A stretch of DNA of 64,000 nucleotides from positions 1 through 64,000 of the IMG/VR virus record IMGVR_UViG_3300006316_000001; one strand, written 5' to 3'. Below, one piece after another: positions 37,214 to 46,278 of the stretch. Within the stretch, counting starts at the first letter, position 1. Every line of letters begins with the position of its first letter. Both the position numbers and the translations under genes were made by a program. The notes below the pieces were generated by a model. It did not search any database. It was not told the origin of the DNA and saw nothing but the letters and a program-made list of their open reading frames with translations. Source of the stretch: a virus.

Positions 37214-37553
37214 TTTCCATCCCTCTTAATATGTCGAATGTGATATTGGTGAGTTCAATATTACTATTTATCCATTCATAAATACTCTCATCGGTCATAC
37301 CATTCATGGCAGTTTGCATATCAATCGGAAATAAATCGAAAGGTATTGTCCAAGTGCGTTGTAGTGTGCCAATGTTTATGGAACGTTGTGTATACAAATC
37401 AAGCACTTTAGTGTTTGAGTCAACCAATGCGACCCTGATGGCGGCAACATGAAGGAATAGATCTGTTGCATAATTAATTTCTATTGTTTTGGTGTGTAAC
37501 ACCGTTTTATTGAAGCGTATCATTATTGTTCTCCCACGATTGATATACCACAA
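37197..37553 (-). CDS. hypothetical protein
   Basis: ORF in run. Confidence 0.5.
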   Translation of the reverse strand: MWYINRGRTIMIRFNKTVLHTKTIEINYATDLFLHVAAIRVALVDSNTKVLDLYTQRSINIGTLQRTWTIPFDLFPIDMQTAMNGMTDESIYEWINSNIELTNITFDILRGMENEMGG

Positions 37554-37682
37554 TCACAAAAAGTATCACCACACTCGAAACATAACTCTTCAGACATTTC
37601 CAACGCGGCAAAGGCCACGACAGCATCAGAAACGTCATCACCTAACATATCCGATGCAATATTTAAATGGTTCAAGTCCATA

Positions 37683-38039
37683 TCAATCACCTGTATCAAC
37701 TGAAACAATGAAGCACCAATGGGTTTCCAATATCGAAGTCTTATGAGTGATGCGATCCTCTAAAGCCTTCATGGTCAGGATGGTGTAGCTATCGAATAGA
37801 TAACCATCACAAAACCCTTCCATGTATTCGACGGAACGAAATTCACGCTTCAGAAGTTTATCAACATCTTCACGCTTCCCTGATGTCTTTCTCGAGTCCA
37901 CCATTATCGCAAAATTAGCCATTTCTAATACCTCTTCTAATTTCTGATGCGCAAGTACCACACTTTGCTCGTTTAGGTTCTGGTGCAGTTTCATTCTTAG
38001 CCAATTCACTCGGGACATAACGGTACTCTTCATGTCCAC
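37683..38039 (-). CDS. hypothetical protein
   Basis: ORF in run; overlaps alternative 37915..38133. Confidence 0.4.
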   Translation of the reverse strand: MDMKSTVMSRVNWLRMKLHQNLNEQSVVLAHQKLEEVLEMANFAIMVDSRKTSGKREDVDKLLKREFRSVEYMEGFCDGYLFDSYTILTMKALEDRITHKTSILETHWCFIVSVDTGD

Positions 38040-38133
38040 ATTCTAGAGTTAGTTCCCACCACCAAGAGCGTGTACTACGAACAAAACCAGTGCACCCACA
38101 ACATAGGGATGCCTCAACCACTTTACGCATCAT
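37915..38133 (-). CDS. small Cys-rich hypothetical protein
   Basis: CCGC, LECGH, CGTC. Confidence 0.5.
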   Translation of the reverse strand: MMRKVVEASLCCGCTGFVRSTRSWWWELTLECGHEEYRYVPSELAKNETAPEPKRAKCGTCASEIRRGIRNG

Positions 38134-38353
38134 CTTGAATATCCTCCAATCGAGTTATCTTATGGAAGTCTGTCTCCACCGACTGGCCAACTTCTAGTGT
38201 TAGTACGTGCCCATTCCAGAACCATCGATCATCCATGGTAGATCCCTTTACGGTTTTCTCTGATGTCAACCATGTCGGTGCATCATTCTCAGTGAATGTT
38301 TTCGCCTCAGAATCTTCCGGCCAGAATAGTGACACCATTTTGAAGCGCATCAT
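38123..38353 (-). CDS. hypothetical protein
   Basis: Coupled ORF. Confidence 0.55.
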   Translation of the reverse strand: MMRFKMVSLFWPEDSEAKTFTENDAPTWLTSEKTVKGSTMDDRWFWNGHVLTLEVGQSVETDFHKITRLEDIQDDA

Positions 38354-38610
38354 AGTAGAGTCCTCACAAGAACCTCAATGAATGCTGTTTTGCCCCAATA
38401 ACCATGATAGTCACCGTTATGGAACACTGCAGGACGATTCCAACGATTCAGAGTTTTCCAGATACCATTACCTATTGGGCTGTTGGTCTCCACAATCTCC
38501 TTCACATTCCAGATTTCACCCACTCTTTCTTCCATGACGATGCGAAGCTTTCCTGAGCCATTACCGCTTAGGGTGATTCTGCGCTTCCATTTGTATTCAT
38601 TAACTACCAT
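38350..38610 (-). CDS. hypothetical protein
   Basis: AGGAG RBS, coupled. Confidence 0.55.
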   Translation of the reverse strand: MVVNEYKWKRRITLSGNGSGKLRIVMEERVGEIWNVKEIVETNSPIGNGIWKTLNRWNRPAVFHNGDYHGYWGKTAFIEVLVRTLL

Positions 38611-38700
38611 GATATGCTCCTAAGATAAATGATATTGTGACCACAACGACAACAATTGCGGGAACGAATAAATGCCAAATTGGTTGTTTGCTATTGAACA

Positions 38701-38919
38701 TTAGTCCTCCTCATGTCCTAAAGCGTGATATATGCCCACCATTATCCAAAATATGAGCCAAATACAAGTGGAAACGAGAAATGATGAGATTATCATATCA
38801 GTCTGAGAGATCACCACCTCAGAATCGATTATCTTTGCATCCCATAACCACCAGAAAACTGCGGTATATTCTAACCAAAGAAATATAGCAGCCAAAAATG
38901 TCTTTTGCTTTTTATTCAT
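38701..38919 (-). CDS. small membrane protein
   Basis: Two TM segments, AGGAG RBS. Confidence 0.55.
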   Translation of the reverse strand: MNKKQKTFLAAIFLWLEYTAVFWWLWDAKIIDSEVVISQTDMIISSFLVSTCIWLIFWIMVGIYHALGHEED

Positions 38920-39140
38920 GATAGCTCCTAATAACCACGCTTCTTCTTTTTGGCGAGTATTTTGGACTTGACGCGACGTTCGTATTCAGAATTGCCTGAT
39001 GTGCGCAATAAAAAGTCTTCATAACTCTCACCACGCTTACTCAGGTCAGCGCCAGCAGGTTTGTTGAATCTTCCTGTATAACCCATTCTATGATTTCCCC
39101 TTCTTCATAATTAAACACCTAGTTCTTTATCACAACAACC

Positions 39141-39170
39141 ATTATACTCTCTTTATTCAAAAAGTAAAGC
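39141..39170 (-). promoter_or_regulatory. same sigma70-type promoter, without hairpin
   Basis: TTTACT-N16-TATAAT. Confidence 0.75.
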
Positions 39171-39236
39171 ACTTTTTATGTGTATCTTTTCTATGTGTGT
39201 AAAAAAGGGCGATTGCCTAAACAATCACCCTTTGCA

Positions 39237-39431
39237 TTACATTGTGGACAGTAGATCTTTTGTATATTGGAAAGTGTTGGAGAATTCAGAATACCAATCA
39301 CATACATTCATTGTTAGGTATGCCACCATCAATCCTATAAATATACCAATAAACCATGCCGTTAATGCCAAACCGAGGATCACAATCCCCGTACCAACAA
39401 CACATGCAACCGTCTTCAGACCTTTGTGCAT
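39237..39431 (-). CDS. small membrane protein
   Basis: Hydrophobic 64 aa. Confidence 0.5.
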   Translation of the reverse strand: MHKGLKTVACVVGTGIVILGLALTAWFIGIFIGLMVAYLTMNVCDWYSEFSNTFQYTKDLLSTM

Positions 39432-39669
39432 ACTGATTCCTTACCAATAATCATTGGGGTCAATCATAATTATCATCATATTAATACCATTCTATTACTG
39501 TTAATGAAAGTTAATTTTACACCATTTACACCTCCTACCGCTACAACATGACATGTCTAATCATAACGGTAGGCATATGTATTATAAAGTATAAATACCC
39601 ATATGGATATAAAATAGATTTAATATAAATTGCACATCGCTCCAAGCCTACCGTCCATCATTATTCATG

Positions 39670-39990
39670 TCAATCACTCACTATTTCATTGCATGATTCA
39701 GCACAAAATGGTGAACCGCAATATTGACAACCTTCCTCTGGCCAATCTTCTTCCATAGTATTCCCCGATATTTCATTTAGTCCAATAACAAACAATATCC
39801 AACCGATCACCACCATCAATGCTAATGACGGTGCCAATAAATCCCAAGGATCATGCCCTTCTATTTCCAACCAAAGTGCAGTAGCAGCGCACATAGAAAT
39901 GAAAATAATTGAGATTCGCATAACCAGCTTATTATTGACCATAGTTTCCTCTTTATTTGTATTTATTAAACAAAAACAACATCCATTCAA
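39670..39990 (-). CDS. membrane protein with C-terminal Cys cluster
   Basis: Two TM segments; EGHDP loop shared with neighbour. Confidence 0.5.
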   Translation of the reverse strand: MNGCCFCLINTNKEETMVNNKLVMRISIIFISMCAATALWLEIEGHDPWDLLAPSLALMVVIGWILFVIGLNEISGNTMEEDWPEEGCQYCGSPFCAESCNEIVSD

Positions 39991-40165
39991 CCAAAACCAA
40001 TGCTGTGATTGTTGCAGCGCCCATCATGATTGTAATTTCCTTAGGATCGTGCCCCTCTGCGTAGTAACCTAAGAAAGTGAATACATACACAGGAATGGCG
40101 ACTAGTAAGAACAACATCGCATTCTTCATATCAACCACCACCAATTTTGACAATTTTCGACTCAC
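39953..40165 (-). CDS. small membrane protein
   Basis: TM-EGHDP-TM. Confidence 0.5.
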   Translation of the reverse strand: MSRKLSKLVVVDMKNAMLFLLVAIPVYVFTFLGYYAEGHDPKEITIMMGAATITALVLVEWMLFLFNKYK

Positions 40166-40529
40166 TTAGGGTTTCAGTGAGATCGCCATCAGAGATGCAT
40201 TGGAATACTTCATCCTTCGACACAGCCGAATGTATCTTCGATGGGTTGCCATTGTAGAACGAATCGTAGAAGAACAAATTCTCACTATCCTCCACTAGAA
40301 TGCCATACTCAGGACAGTCCACTTCAGGAAAATAATCTGGTTTGTTGCTTATGAAGAATGAGACCTTTCCTGTGCTGAAGTATGTCTTATAACCTTGCCA
40401 TTCGCAACATTCAGAACATGCAGCATCATTGGCAAATTCATCCCATTTGAGAGTACCAATACTCTGACATTTGCGGCATTTCTTATGAGAAACGTCTACT
40501 GATAGATTACCCGCTGATGTAAGCTTCAT
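40131..40529 (-). CDS. hypothetical Zn-binding protein
   Basis: CxxC...CxxC. Confidence 0.55.
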   Translation of the reverse strand: MKLTSAGNLSVDVSHKKCRKCQSIGTLKWDEFANDAACSECCEWQGYKTYFSTGKVSFFISNKPDYFPEVDCPEYGILVEDSENLFFYDSFYNGNPSKIHSAVSKDEVFQCISDGDLTETLSESKIVKIGGG

Positions 40530-40659
40530 ATTCCCTCCTTACATAGAGAATAGTGATGGTGCTTCGCTAAGAACTGTGAATATAGCTATGACGATCAATA
40601 TGTCAACTATATCTATCTTTCTCATGCTATGCATCCCATGTGTTAATTAGTACCATGGT

Positions 40660-41109
40660 TCACCTCTTTAATTCGAAGTCACCAGATTCATACATAGCAG
40701 AAGCAATGCACGCAAACGACCATTCACCTTCGCTACTGATATCTTCGGCAATCGCTTCTACCCTCTTAATGAATTTCTCACGTTCCGGAGATACACCATT
40801 GATTTCTTTCTGGTGGAATTTACCAGTCTGCTTATCTAGATAGAAATTGATGGTAATTCCTTGAATAGACAGAGTGTTCGTTTTATAACAATAATGGTTC
40901 TGTCTAGAGATTCCATTGACTAAAGTCCAAATCTCGGCACAGTTAGGTGTGTGTGGCCAGAACATTATTTGATGGTCTACTGAACCAACAGCACCACATG
41001 CTGTGCAAGAGAACGCTGACAATAGACCTTTCTGGCCAGTTCCATTACACGTCTCACATTTAACAAGCAGTCTTGTATCGACTACCTTTCCAACTCTTGG
41101 CCTATTCAT
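40660..41109 (-). CDS. hypothetical protein with DnaJ-like Zn finger
   Basis: CETCNGTG...CTACGAVG. Confidence 0.55.
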   Translation of the reverse strand: MNRPRVGKVVDTRLLVKCETCNGTGQKGLLSAFSCTACGAVGSVDHQIMFWPHTPNCAEIWTLVNGISRQNHYCYKTNTLSIQGITINFYLDKQTGKFHQKEINGVSPEREKFIKRVEAIAEDISSEGEWSFACIASAMYESGDFELKR

Positions 41110-41426
41110 TGTTTATCTCCTATCATTAGGTTGTACCATAATTGTGCCCTTTGTGTAAGCTCTACACATATGACACATTCAGCAATGTCGGCAATCTTAC
41201 CATCATCATCTAGCTTAATCGCCTCTAGACCATCAATAAGATCTTGAGCGATAGACATCTGGGAAAGCTTCCAATTCGGATCTACCTCTGCCTCAGATAT
41301 CACCATTCGCAATTCTTTTATTGCCTGAACCAATGAGGCTATAACCTCGAATCCTTGCTTATTGTTGTCTGTTTCCATTACATTCTCTCCACGATCACTG
41401 ATACAATGAATGCTATCACGATACAA
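41106..41426 (-). CDS. hypothetical protein
   Basis: Coupled ORF. Confidence 0.5.
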   Translation of the reverse strand: MYRDSIHCISDRGENVMETDNNKQGFEVIASLVQAIKELRMVISEAEVDPNWKLSQMSIAQDLIDGLEAIKLDDDGKIADIAECVICVELTQRAQLWYNLMIGDKQ

Positions 41427-41619
41427 CCAACAACACCCTTTACACCAAGCAGTTCAACACCACCAGCCAAGACAAGTAGACCACCAGCAACAATGACAAC
41501 ACAGCACCATATGATCATTTGAATTATTGTCATAACTGATTCTCCTTACGATCAGGAACCATTCCCAATCCTTAGAACCATTATACTCTATTGCGACTTA
41601 AAAAGAAACCTCTAATTTT

Positions 41620-42400
41620 CCCTATTTTATTCGCCTCCCTAGCCTGAACTTGTTTCACCTATTTAATACATATAGCGATAGAGACTAGGCATAGATAGAA
41701 CATACACTATTACTCTAATCATACATACTCTCCTATACATATACATACATACCATATAAGGAATAGACATAGACATAGTACGATAGACTATAGCATCATA
41801 CCATACTCCTAGCATAGATCATAGTACTGAGCATAGATAAGATTATATAGATAGAACATAAGAGAGAACAAGAACATGATAAGGTATCACTGCAATGAAT
41901 AATGCTCTGGGTCTGGATAAAAAATGTTACTGGTAAGTATAGGGGGAGTCTCTCAAAAATATGATATCTATGATAATAACCGCGCGATACCTAATTTCAC
42001 GTAAAAATAAAATCGTAATGTTTAAAATGATTTACCATCAATTAAGCTGAAACATACTAAAAACCCTGTCTGGCACAAGCGATTACGTTCATTACGTACC
42101 ATTTTAGCTGTAATAACGTTAGGTTTGTCCTAGGATGAAAATTAAAGGATTTAAGCTACCATATTCTGAACTCAAATTTCTCGAACTTGTTCAGACCCAG
42201 AGCAGCCAACAATCCCACCACAAAAGCCAACTACAGCCCACTGCAGCCAACCATTACCAACACATATTCCCCATAACCAAGAATGGCCAACCACAGTTAC
42301 CTGCAGCTAGCCATCTGTCCCGCGTCCCCCCGCATTAGTCCCCTAAGTTTTATCTAGGCACTATGCAAAATAGAATAATCTATCTAGGCACTATGCAAAA
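41620..42400. other. non-coding region, candidate cos/genome end
   Basis: No credible ORF; CATA/ATAG-rich tract, GGGGG..CAAAAA..ACCGCGCG..AAAAATAAAAT, A/C-rich tract. Confidence 0.45.
42351..42400. repeat. 20-bp direct repeat, 30-bp period
   Basis: TATCTAGGCACTATGCAAAA at 42351 and 42381. Confidence 0.9.
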
Positions 42401-42407
42401 CCGTATA

Positions 42408-43211
42408 CTACACATCATCCCAAGGCTTCGGAACGTTCAGAGCAGCTCTAGCGTGAACACCAAACCGCCCGTAGTGTCTCACACTTTGATTGGTTGTCTC
42501 TTCAGTTACGATTTGCGGAGACCGCACTGAACTATCAGAAGACACGTCAGCGTTGGGAAGGACACGAGAGCGCGCATCAACAAAATACGGTTTATCAGGA
42601 TCAATTCTATACCCGATAGAAACGTCTGGATCAGAAGCGCGTTCTACACCCGTTACTAACCCTGTTCCTGACCGAACGGTGATTGACACATTACCGATAG
42701 GATCTTCCAATAATTGTACCGTGTCAGGAGTGTCCGGTTCAGAATCCATTTCAATATCTTCGTCGTCGACAAAGAACAATTCAGATAATGACGGCTCTTT
42801 TTCTGAATGAGTTTCTAGTTGATTCTCGGCACTATCCTCATCGGCAGTGACATGGAGAGTTCTAACCAACCTAGCATGTTCTGGTAAGAATACCAATTGA
42901 GTGTACCCTTCATGAACGTGCTCTTCTGGAACATTATACACACCGATGCGAAGTTCTTCATCTTTAAGTTCTTGAGGTTTGAAGAACCAACGACGAAGAG
43001 ATTGTATTGAATCAAACCCGAATACATAATCAGATCTGTTATCCCAAATGTCATCCCATATATCACAAAGCTTACCATCTTCTTGAGGTACTGGGTGACG
43101 GGAGATATCTTGACTGATAATGTGTCGTGACGACGTTCGGTAGAATCCAGTATTGACATTTGGATGTGCGTTACTTTCTTCTGTTTTGTGTTCAACGCGG
43201 TATACAAGCAT
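42408..43211 (-). CDS. hypothetical protein with acidic C-terminal half
   Basis: GGAG RBS; VYRVE..HP.P..FGF.S...L.RWF domain. Confidence 0.65.
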   Translation of the reverse strand: MLVYRVEHKTEESNAHPNVNTGFYRTSSRHIISQDISRHPVPQEDGKLCDIWDDIWDNRSDYVFGFDSIQSLRRWFFKPQELKDEELRIGVYNVPEEHVHEGYTQLVFLPEHARLVRTLHVTADEDSAENQLETHSEKEPSLSELFFVDDEDIEMDSEPDTPDTVQLLEDPIGNVSITVRSGTGLVTGVERASDPDVSIGYRIDPDKPYFVDARSRVLPNADVSSDSSVRSPQIVTEETTNQSVRHYGRFGVHARAALNVPKPWDDV

Positions 43212-43220
43212 GATAGGCTC

Positions 43221-43523
43221 CTAGTATTTAGAAATGTGTTGTACAGTAACGCGATTCGTACCAGTCTCTCGAACCGCAATCTGAAGCCAATCGTAGTCTT
43301 TATTCTTCAGGCTGAATACACGGTAGCCTTCGTCAAGAAGTGCTCTAGCTGGTTCATCAGGTTGGGCGAAGATTAACTCATTGGTCACTGAGTTGTTCAC
43401 TTCGTACTCAGAGATGTAGTCACCTGAATCAGATTTGATTTCAGCGTTCTTACCGCCACCAATAACATTCACAAGGCGCATTGTAGTGCCGCGTGGTATA
43501 GTGATATTTAGTTCGTGTTTCAT
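43221..43523 (-). CDS. hypothetical early protein
   Basis: Start reassigned to MKHEL, downstream of the cassette hairpin. Confidence 0.65.
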   Translation of the reverse strand: MKHELNITIPRGTTMRLVNVIGGGKNAEIKSDSGDYISEYEVNNSVTNELIFAQPDEPARALLDEGYRVFSLKNKDYDWLQIAVRETGTNRVTVQHISKY

Positions 43524-43545
43524 AATTGGAGCCTTAATGATTAGG

Positions 43546-43603
43546 AGGGCTAACAACTAACCCTATAGCAACCATTATACTCTTATTAGCGGAGAAGTAA
43601 AGC
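43546..43603 (-). promoter_or_regulatory. promoter-stem-loop cassette copy 11
   Basis: TTTACT-N16-TATAAT plus AGGGTTAGTTGTTAGCCCT. Confidence 0.85.
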
Positions 43604-43661
43604 TTTTTAGGAAGGTTTTTATGCGAAGAGACCCCACTCTAGGTGAGGTCTGATATTGGTA

Positions 43662-44018
43662 TTATTTTGAGCTGAGTTTGGGACTAAATTCCTCTTGTTC
43701 ATAACTCCCATCACGTTGTAGTATTATGGAGATACCATTATCCTTTAGTCTTCTCTCCAATAATTGAAGTTTGTGGCGGAAATCCTTGCGGTCACTCTTA
43801 AATGCCCCAAATTTACTCCAGTTCAGAATGTTATCCAAGATATCTGCAATACTTGCGGGTGCGGCAGTTACTTTACTGTGTTTGAACATTAATATCTTGC
43901 CCGTTTCTCTATCTCGAAGACACGCTTCAATTTGGTCATGACCAACATACGAGAACATCTCAACACGACCTTCAACAATGAATGTACCTTCCTTATCATA
44001 TTTACAAGACATAATCAA
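43662..44018 (-). CDS. hypothetical protein
   Basis: Coupled to the sigma gene. Confidence 0.6.
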   Translation of the reverse strand: MIMSCKYDKEGTFIVEGRVEMFSYVGHDQIEACLRDRETGKILMFKHSKVTAAPASIADILDNILNWSKFGAFKSDRKDFRHKLQLLERRLKDNGISIILQRDGSYEQEEFSPKLSSK

Positions 44019-44941
44019 CCCTTATTATCTTCAGTGATGAAATCATCAAAGTGAACATCAGCCAAGTCAACGTAGAATCGAAGTTTCGATAAGCCATCAT
44101 TTTGAAGTTGACGGATTCGTTCTCGTGTTAGACCGAAGTGTTGACCACACTCTTCTAGTGTTTGATCTTCAAAGTAGCGCATTCTGATGATCTCGGAAAT
44201 GCGAGGTTTGATCACACCAAGATAAGTGTTCACATATTTATTGAATGCTTCAGGATCAACATTCAGCGCGTTACCATCTTCATCGGCTATGTGATCGTGA
44301 TGATCTAAGAAGTCCATAGGTTTACCATCGTCACCTTCAACGATTAGTTCATCGAAGCCTCTGATCGAACCACACATGAGTTTGATTGCGCTTCGGATAG
44401 ACGTTCTAGTCAGACATGATTCATTGAGGTTCTTTTCTTTGACGTACGCAGAAATGATGTCAATGGCATCAACAGAATCAACAACCGTATTGGCTTGGCG
44501 AAGAGCTGCACGGGAAACCTGCATAGCACGACCAATGTGAACAGGATATCTCATGAATTGGTCAACGTGACCTTCCATCATGTATCGTACTATACTCTGA
44601 CGAATCCATTGCATTGAGTACGTTGATAGTTTGAAGCCGCTTTGAATGTCGAATTTATCGATAGCGATCATCAGACCCATCATACCTTGGTTAAATAGGT
44701 CAAGGTAAAACTCCTCACGGCCAGCACCTGAATATTTTCTGGCCATCTTACTAACCAGTTTGATATTGTGCTTGATCAGCTCATCGCGAGCCCAAGCAAC
44801 CTGACCCTGTTGCCATAAATCGATTAGGATTAGCTCACGCCCTTTCTCAAGAACGGAATGATCCATGTAAGGTTTGAACATCTCAGGAAGTTCAATTCTA
44901 ACTACTTTTTGTTTAGCTCTCATACTACGGACTCCCTGCAT
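44015..44941 (-). CDS. sigma70-family (RpoD/RpoS-like) sigma factor
   Basis: Region 2 NIKLV..ARKY...DL.NQG..GL..AIDKFD...GFKLSTY..WIRQ; region 4 TLEE.G..FGLTRERIRQ. Confidence 0.9.
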   Translation of the reverse strand: MQGVRSMRAKQKVVRIELPEMFKPYMDHSVLEKGRELILIDLWQQGQVAWARDELIKHNIKLVSKMARKYSGAGREEFYLDLFNQGMMGLMIAIDKFDIQSGFKLSTYSMQWIRQSIVRYMMEGHVDQFMRYPVHIGRAMQVSRAALRQANTVVDSVDAIDIISAYVKEKNLNESCLTRTSIRSAIKLMCGSIRGFDELIVEGDDGKPMDFLDHHDHIADEDGNALNVDPEAFNKYVNTYLGVIKPRISEIIRMRYFEDQTLEECGQHFGLTRERIRQLQNDGLSKLRFYVDLADVHFDDFITEDNKG

Positions 44942-45201
44942 CCAATTAGAGAAATGTCTTCTTCGTCCTTATCTTCGAAAAATACGATATCAAGACCTTT
45001 TATCTTAAAATAATTTTTATTGGCGGTAACTTCGGCACCACCATTTTCAAACTGATCAGAAACGGCTTCAGCGTACGCAACCTGCCAATCATCATGGCTG
45101 AGTGAAACTGTCATATCACATCTACCCATTTCTTCATATCGCTTTATGATGTATTTGAGTAGTGACATAGAGAATAAGATTTCCATTACGCTTTCCCCCA
45201 T
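44920..45201 (-). CDS. hypothetical protein
   Basis: ORF in run. Confidence 0.55.
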   Translation of the reverse strand: MGESVMEILFSMSLLKYIIKRYEEMGRCDMTVSLSHDDWQVAYAEAVSDQFENGGAEVTANKNYFKIKGLDIVFFEDKDEEDISLIGCRESVV

Positions 45202-45392
45202 TTAAACATTCCAGTAACCATATCTTGCCCCATCCCAACACCATCAATGAATCCGGATAACTCCGCTTCGGACCAAAACTGCTTTGACCAATCAGTTCCA
45301 TTCAGCGTCAAGAGTGCGCAGTACTCTCCTTGTGGGGTGGTTTCAGTTTTGATGGTAAACCCACACAAACCAGCCTTAGCATTTAATTCCAT
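45186..45392 (-). CDS. hypothetical protein
   Basis: Start at MELNAK. Confidence 0.55.
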   Translation of the reverse strand: MELNAKAGLCGFTIKTETTPQGEYCALLTLNGTDWSKQFWSEAELSGFIDGVGMGQDMVTGMFKWGKA

Positions 45393-45393
45393 G

Positions 45394-45582
45394 TTATGAA
45401 TCCTTCTTGGTATTATCCGTGAAGCACCACACAATGGCCACTAACCAGAAGATTCCGGTGAACAGTCCAATAATGTTGCAAATAAGAATTGCAGCCGCGC
45501 TGTTGTGTTTTCGGTAGCAAGCTATGATCATTGGAGCGAACGCCAATACCGCAACCACTATAAGTAAAATTGTTGAAGCCAT
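45394..45582 (-). CDS. T4 Imm-like superinfection immunity membrane protein
   Basis: F.P.IIA..RKH....AI...N..G..TGI.W..A.VW pattern. Confidence 0.7.
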   Translation of the reverse strand: MASTILLIVVAVLAFAPMIIACYRKHNSAAAILICNIIGLFTGIFWLVAIVWCFTDNTKKDS

Positions 45583-45586
45583 GATT

Positions 45587-45838
45587 CTATCCTCTCATCT
45601 CATCGATGACAAATTGTAATCTATTCAGTTCGGCTTCCGAGGCACCTTTGAGGAAAGCTCTGATGCGCACTCGGGAACCCAGTGTTCGTTTGTTCTCAGA
45701 AGGTGCCGCTGTAGCACTTTCCTTTACCTTTTTAGCCTTAGTTGGTTTTGCTTCATGCATTTCATTAAGTAAGGCGGTCAGTTGCTTCTCCGCATTCTTA
45801 TGTGAGGCAGGCTTTGGACCAATATTAAACATATTCAT
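45587..45838 (-). CDS. hypothetical basic early protein
   Basis: First ORF after cassette copy 12. Confidence 0.65.
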   Translation of the reverse strand: MNMFNIGPKPASHKNAEKQLTALLNEMHEAKPTKAKKVKESATAAPSENKRTLGSRVRIRAFLKGASEAELNRLQFVIDEMRG

Positions 45839-45858
45839 TTAGTTACCCTTATATAAGA

Positions 45859-45928
45859 AGGGAAGCTGTTAACCTTAACGCTTTACCCTATAGCAACCAT
45901 TATACTCTTATAGTTTTAGAAGTAAAGC
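45859..45928 (-). promoter_or_regulatory. promoter-stem-loop cassette copy 12 (long hairpin)
   Basis: TTTACT-N16-TATAAT plus AGGGTAAAGCGTTAAGGTTAACAGCTTCCCT. Confidence 0.8.
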
Positions 45929-46163
45929 CTTTTATTAAAGTTTTTTAATGTTCTGATCGCTGCTTTGGGTCTCTATTGAAATGTTCCGTTTACATTTTTT
46001 TCTTTTTTAGTTTCCGATATTCTTGTCTCTAATTCTCTCTATTATATTATAACCCCCGTTATTTTCCTCCGGAACGATCAAACGATCATACGATCATTCA
46101 ATCATTCCTTCGAAAAGGTCACGGACACGCTCACGCGCATCCTTAGACGTTCAACTGATAAAA

Positions 46164-46278
46164 GCATGCTCGCGTAGCGACTGTGCACAGCACAGCACAG
46201 CACTACACTCCCACAACATTCAACAACATCTCACCAGAACATTCCTTATATTTCCCACACACACGCGCGCGAGCATGC
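46164..46278. repeat. 11-bp inverted repeat around a G-poor microrepeat tract
   Basis: GCATGCTCGCG 46164-46174 and CGCGAGCATGC 46268-46278. Confidence 0.75.

Noticed and set aside
1244-45842. Many short plus-strand ORFs in the early arm, and minus-strand ORFs in the late arm
   Set aside because: Antisense shadows of well-supported genes, with no RBS or motifs
1103-45928. Cassette repeats or the gp32 repeat as a CRISPR array
   Set aside because: Cassette copies are kilobases apart, the gp32 repeat is coding with no spacers, and no cas genes are seen
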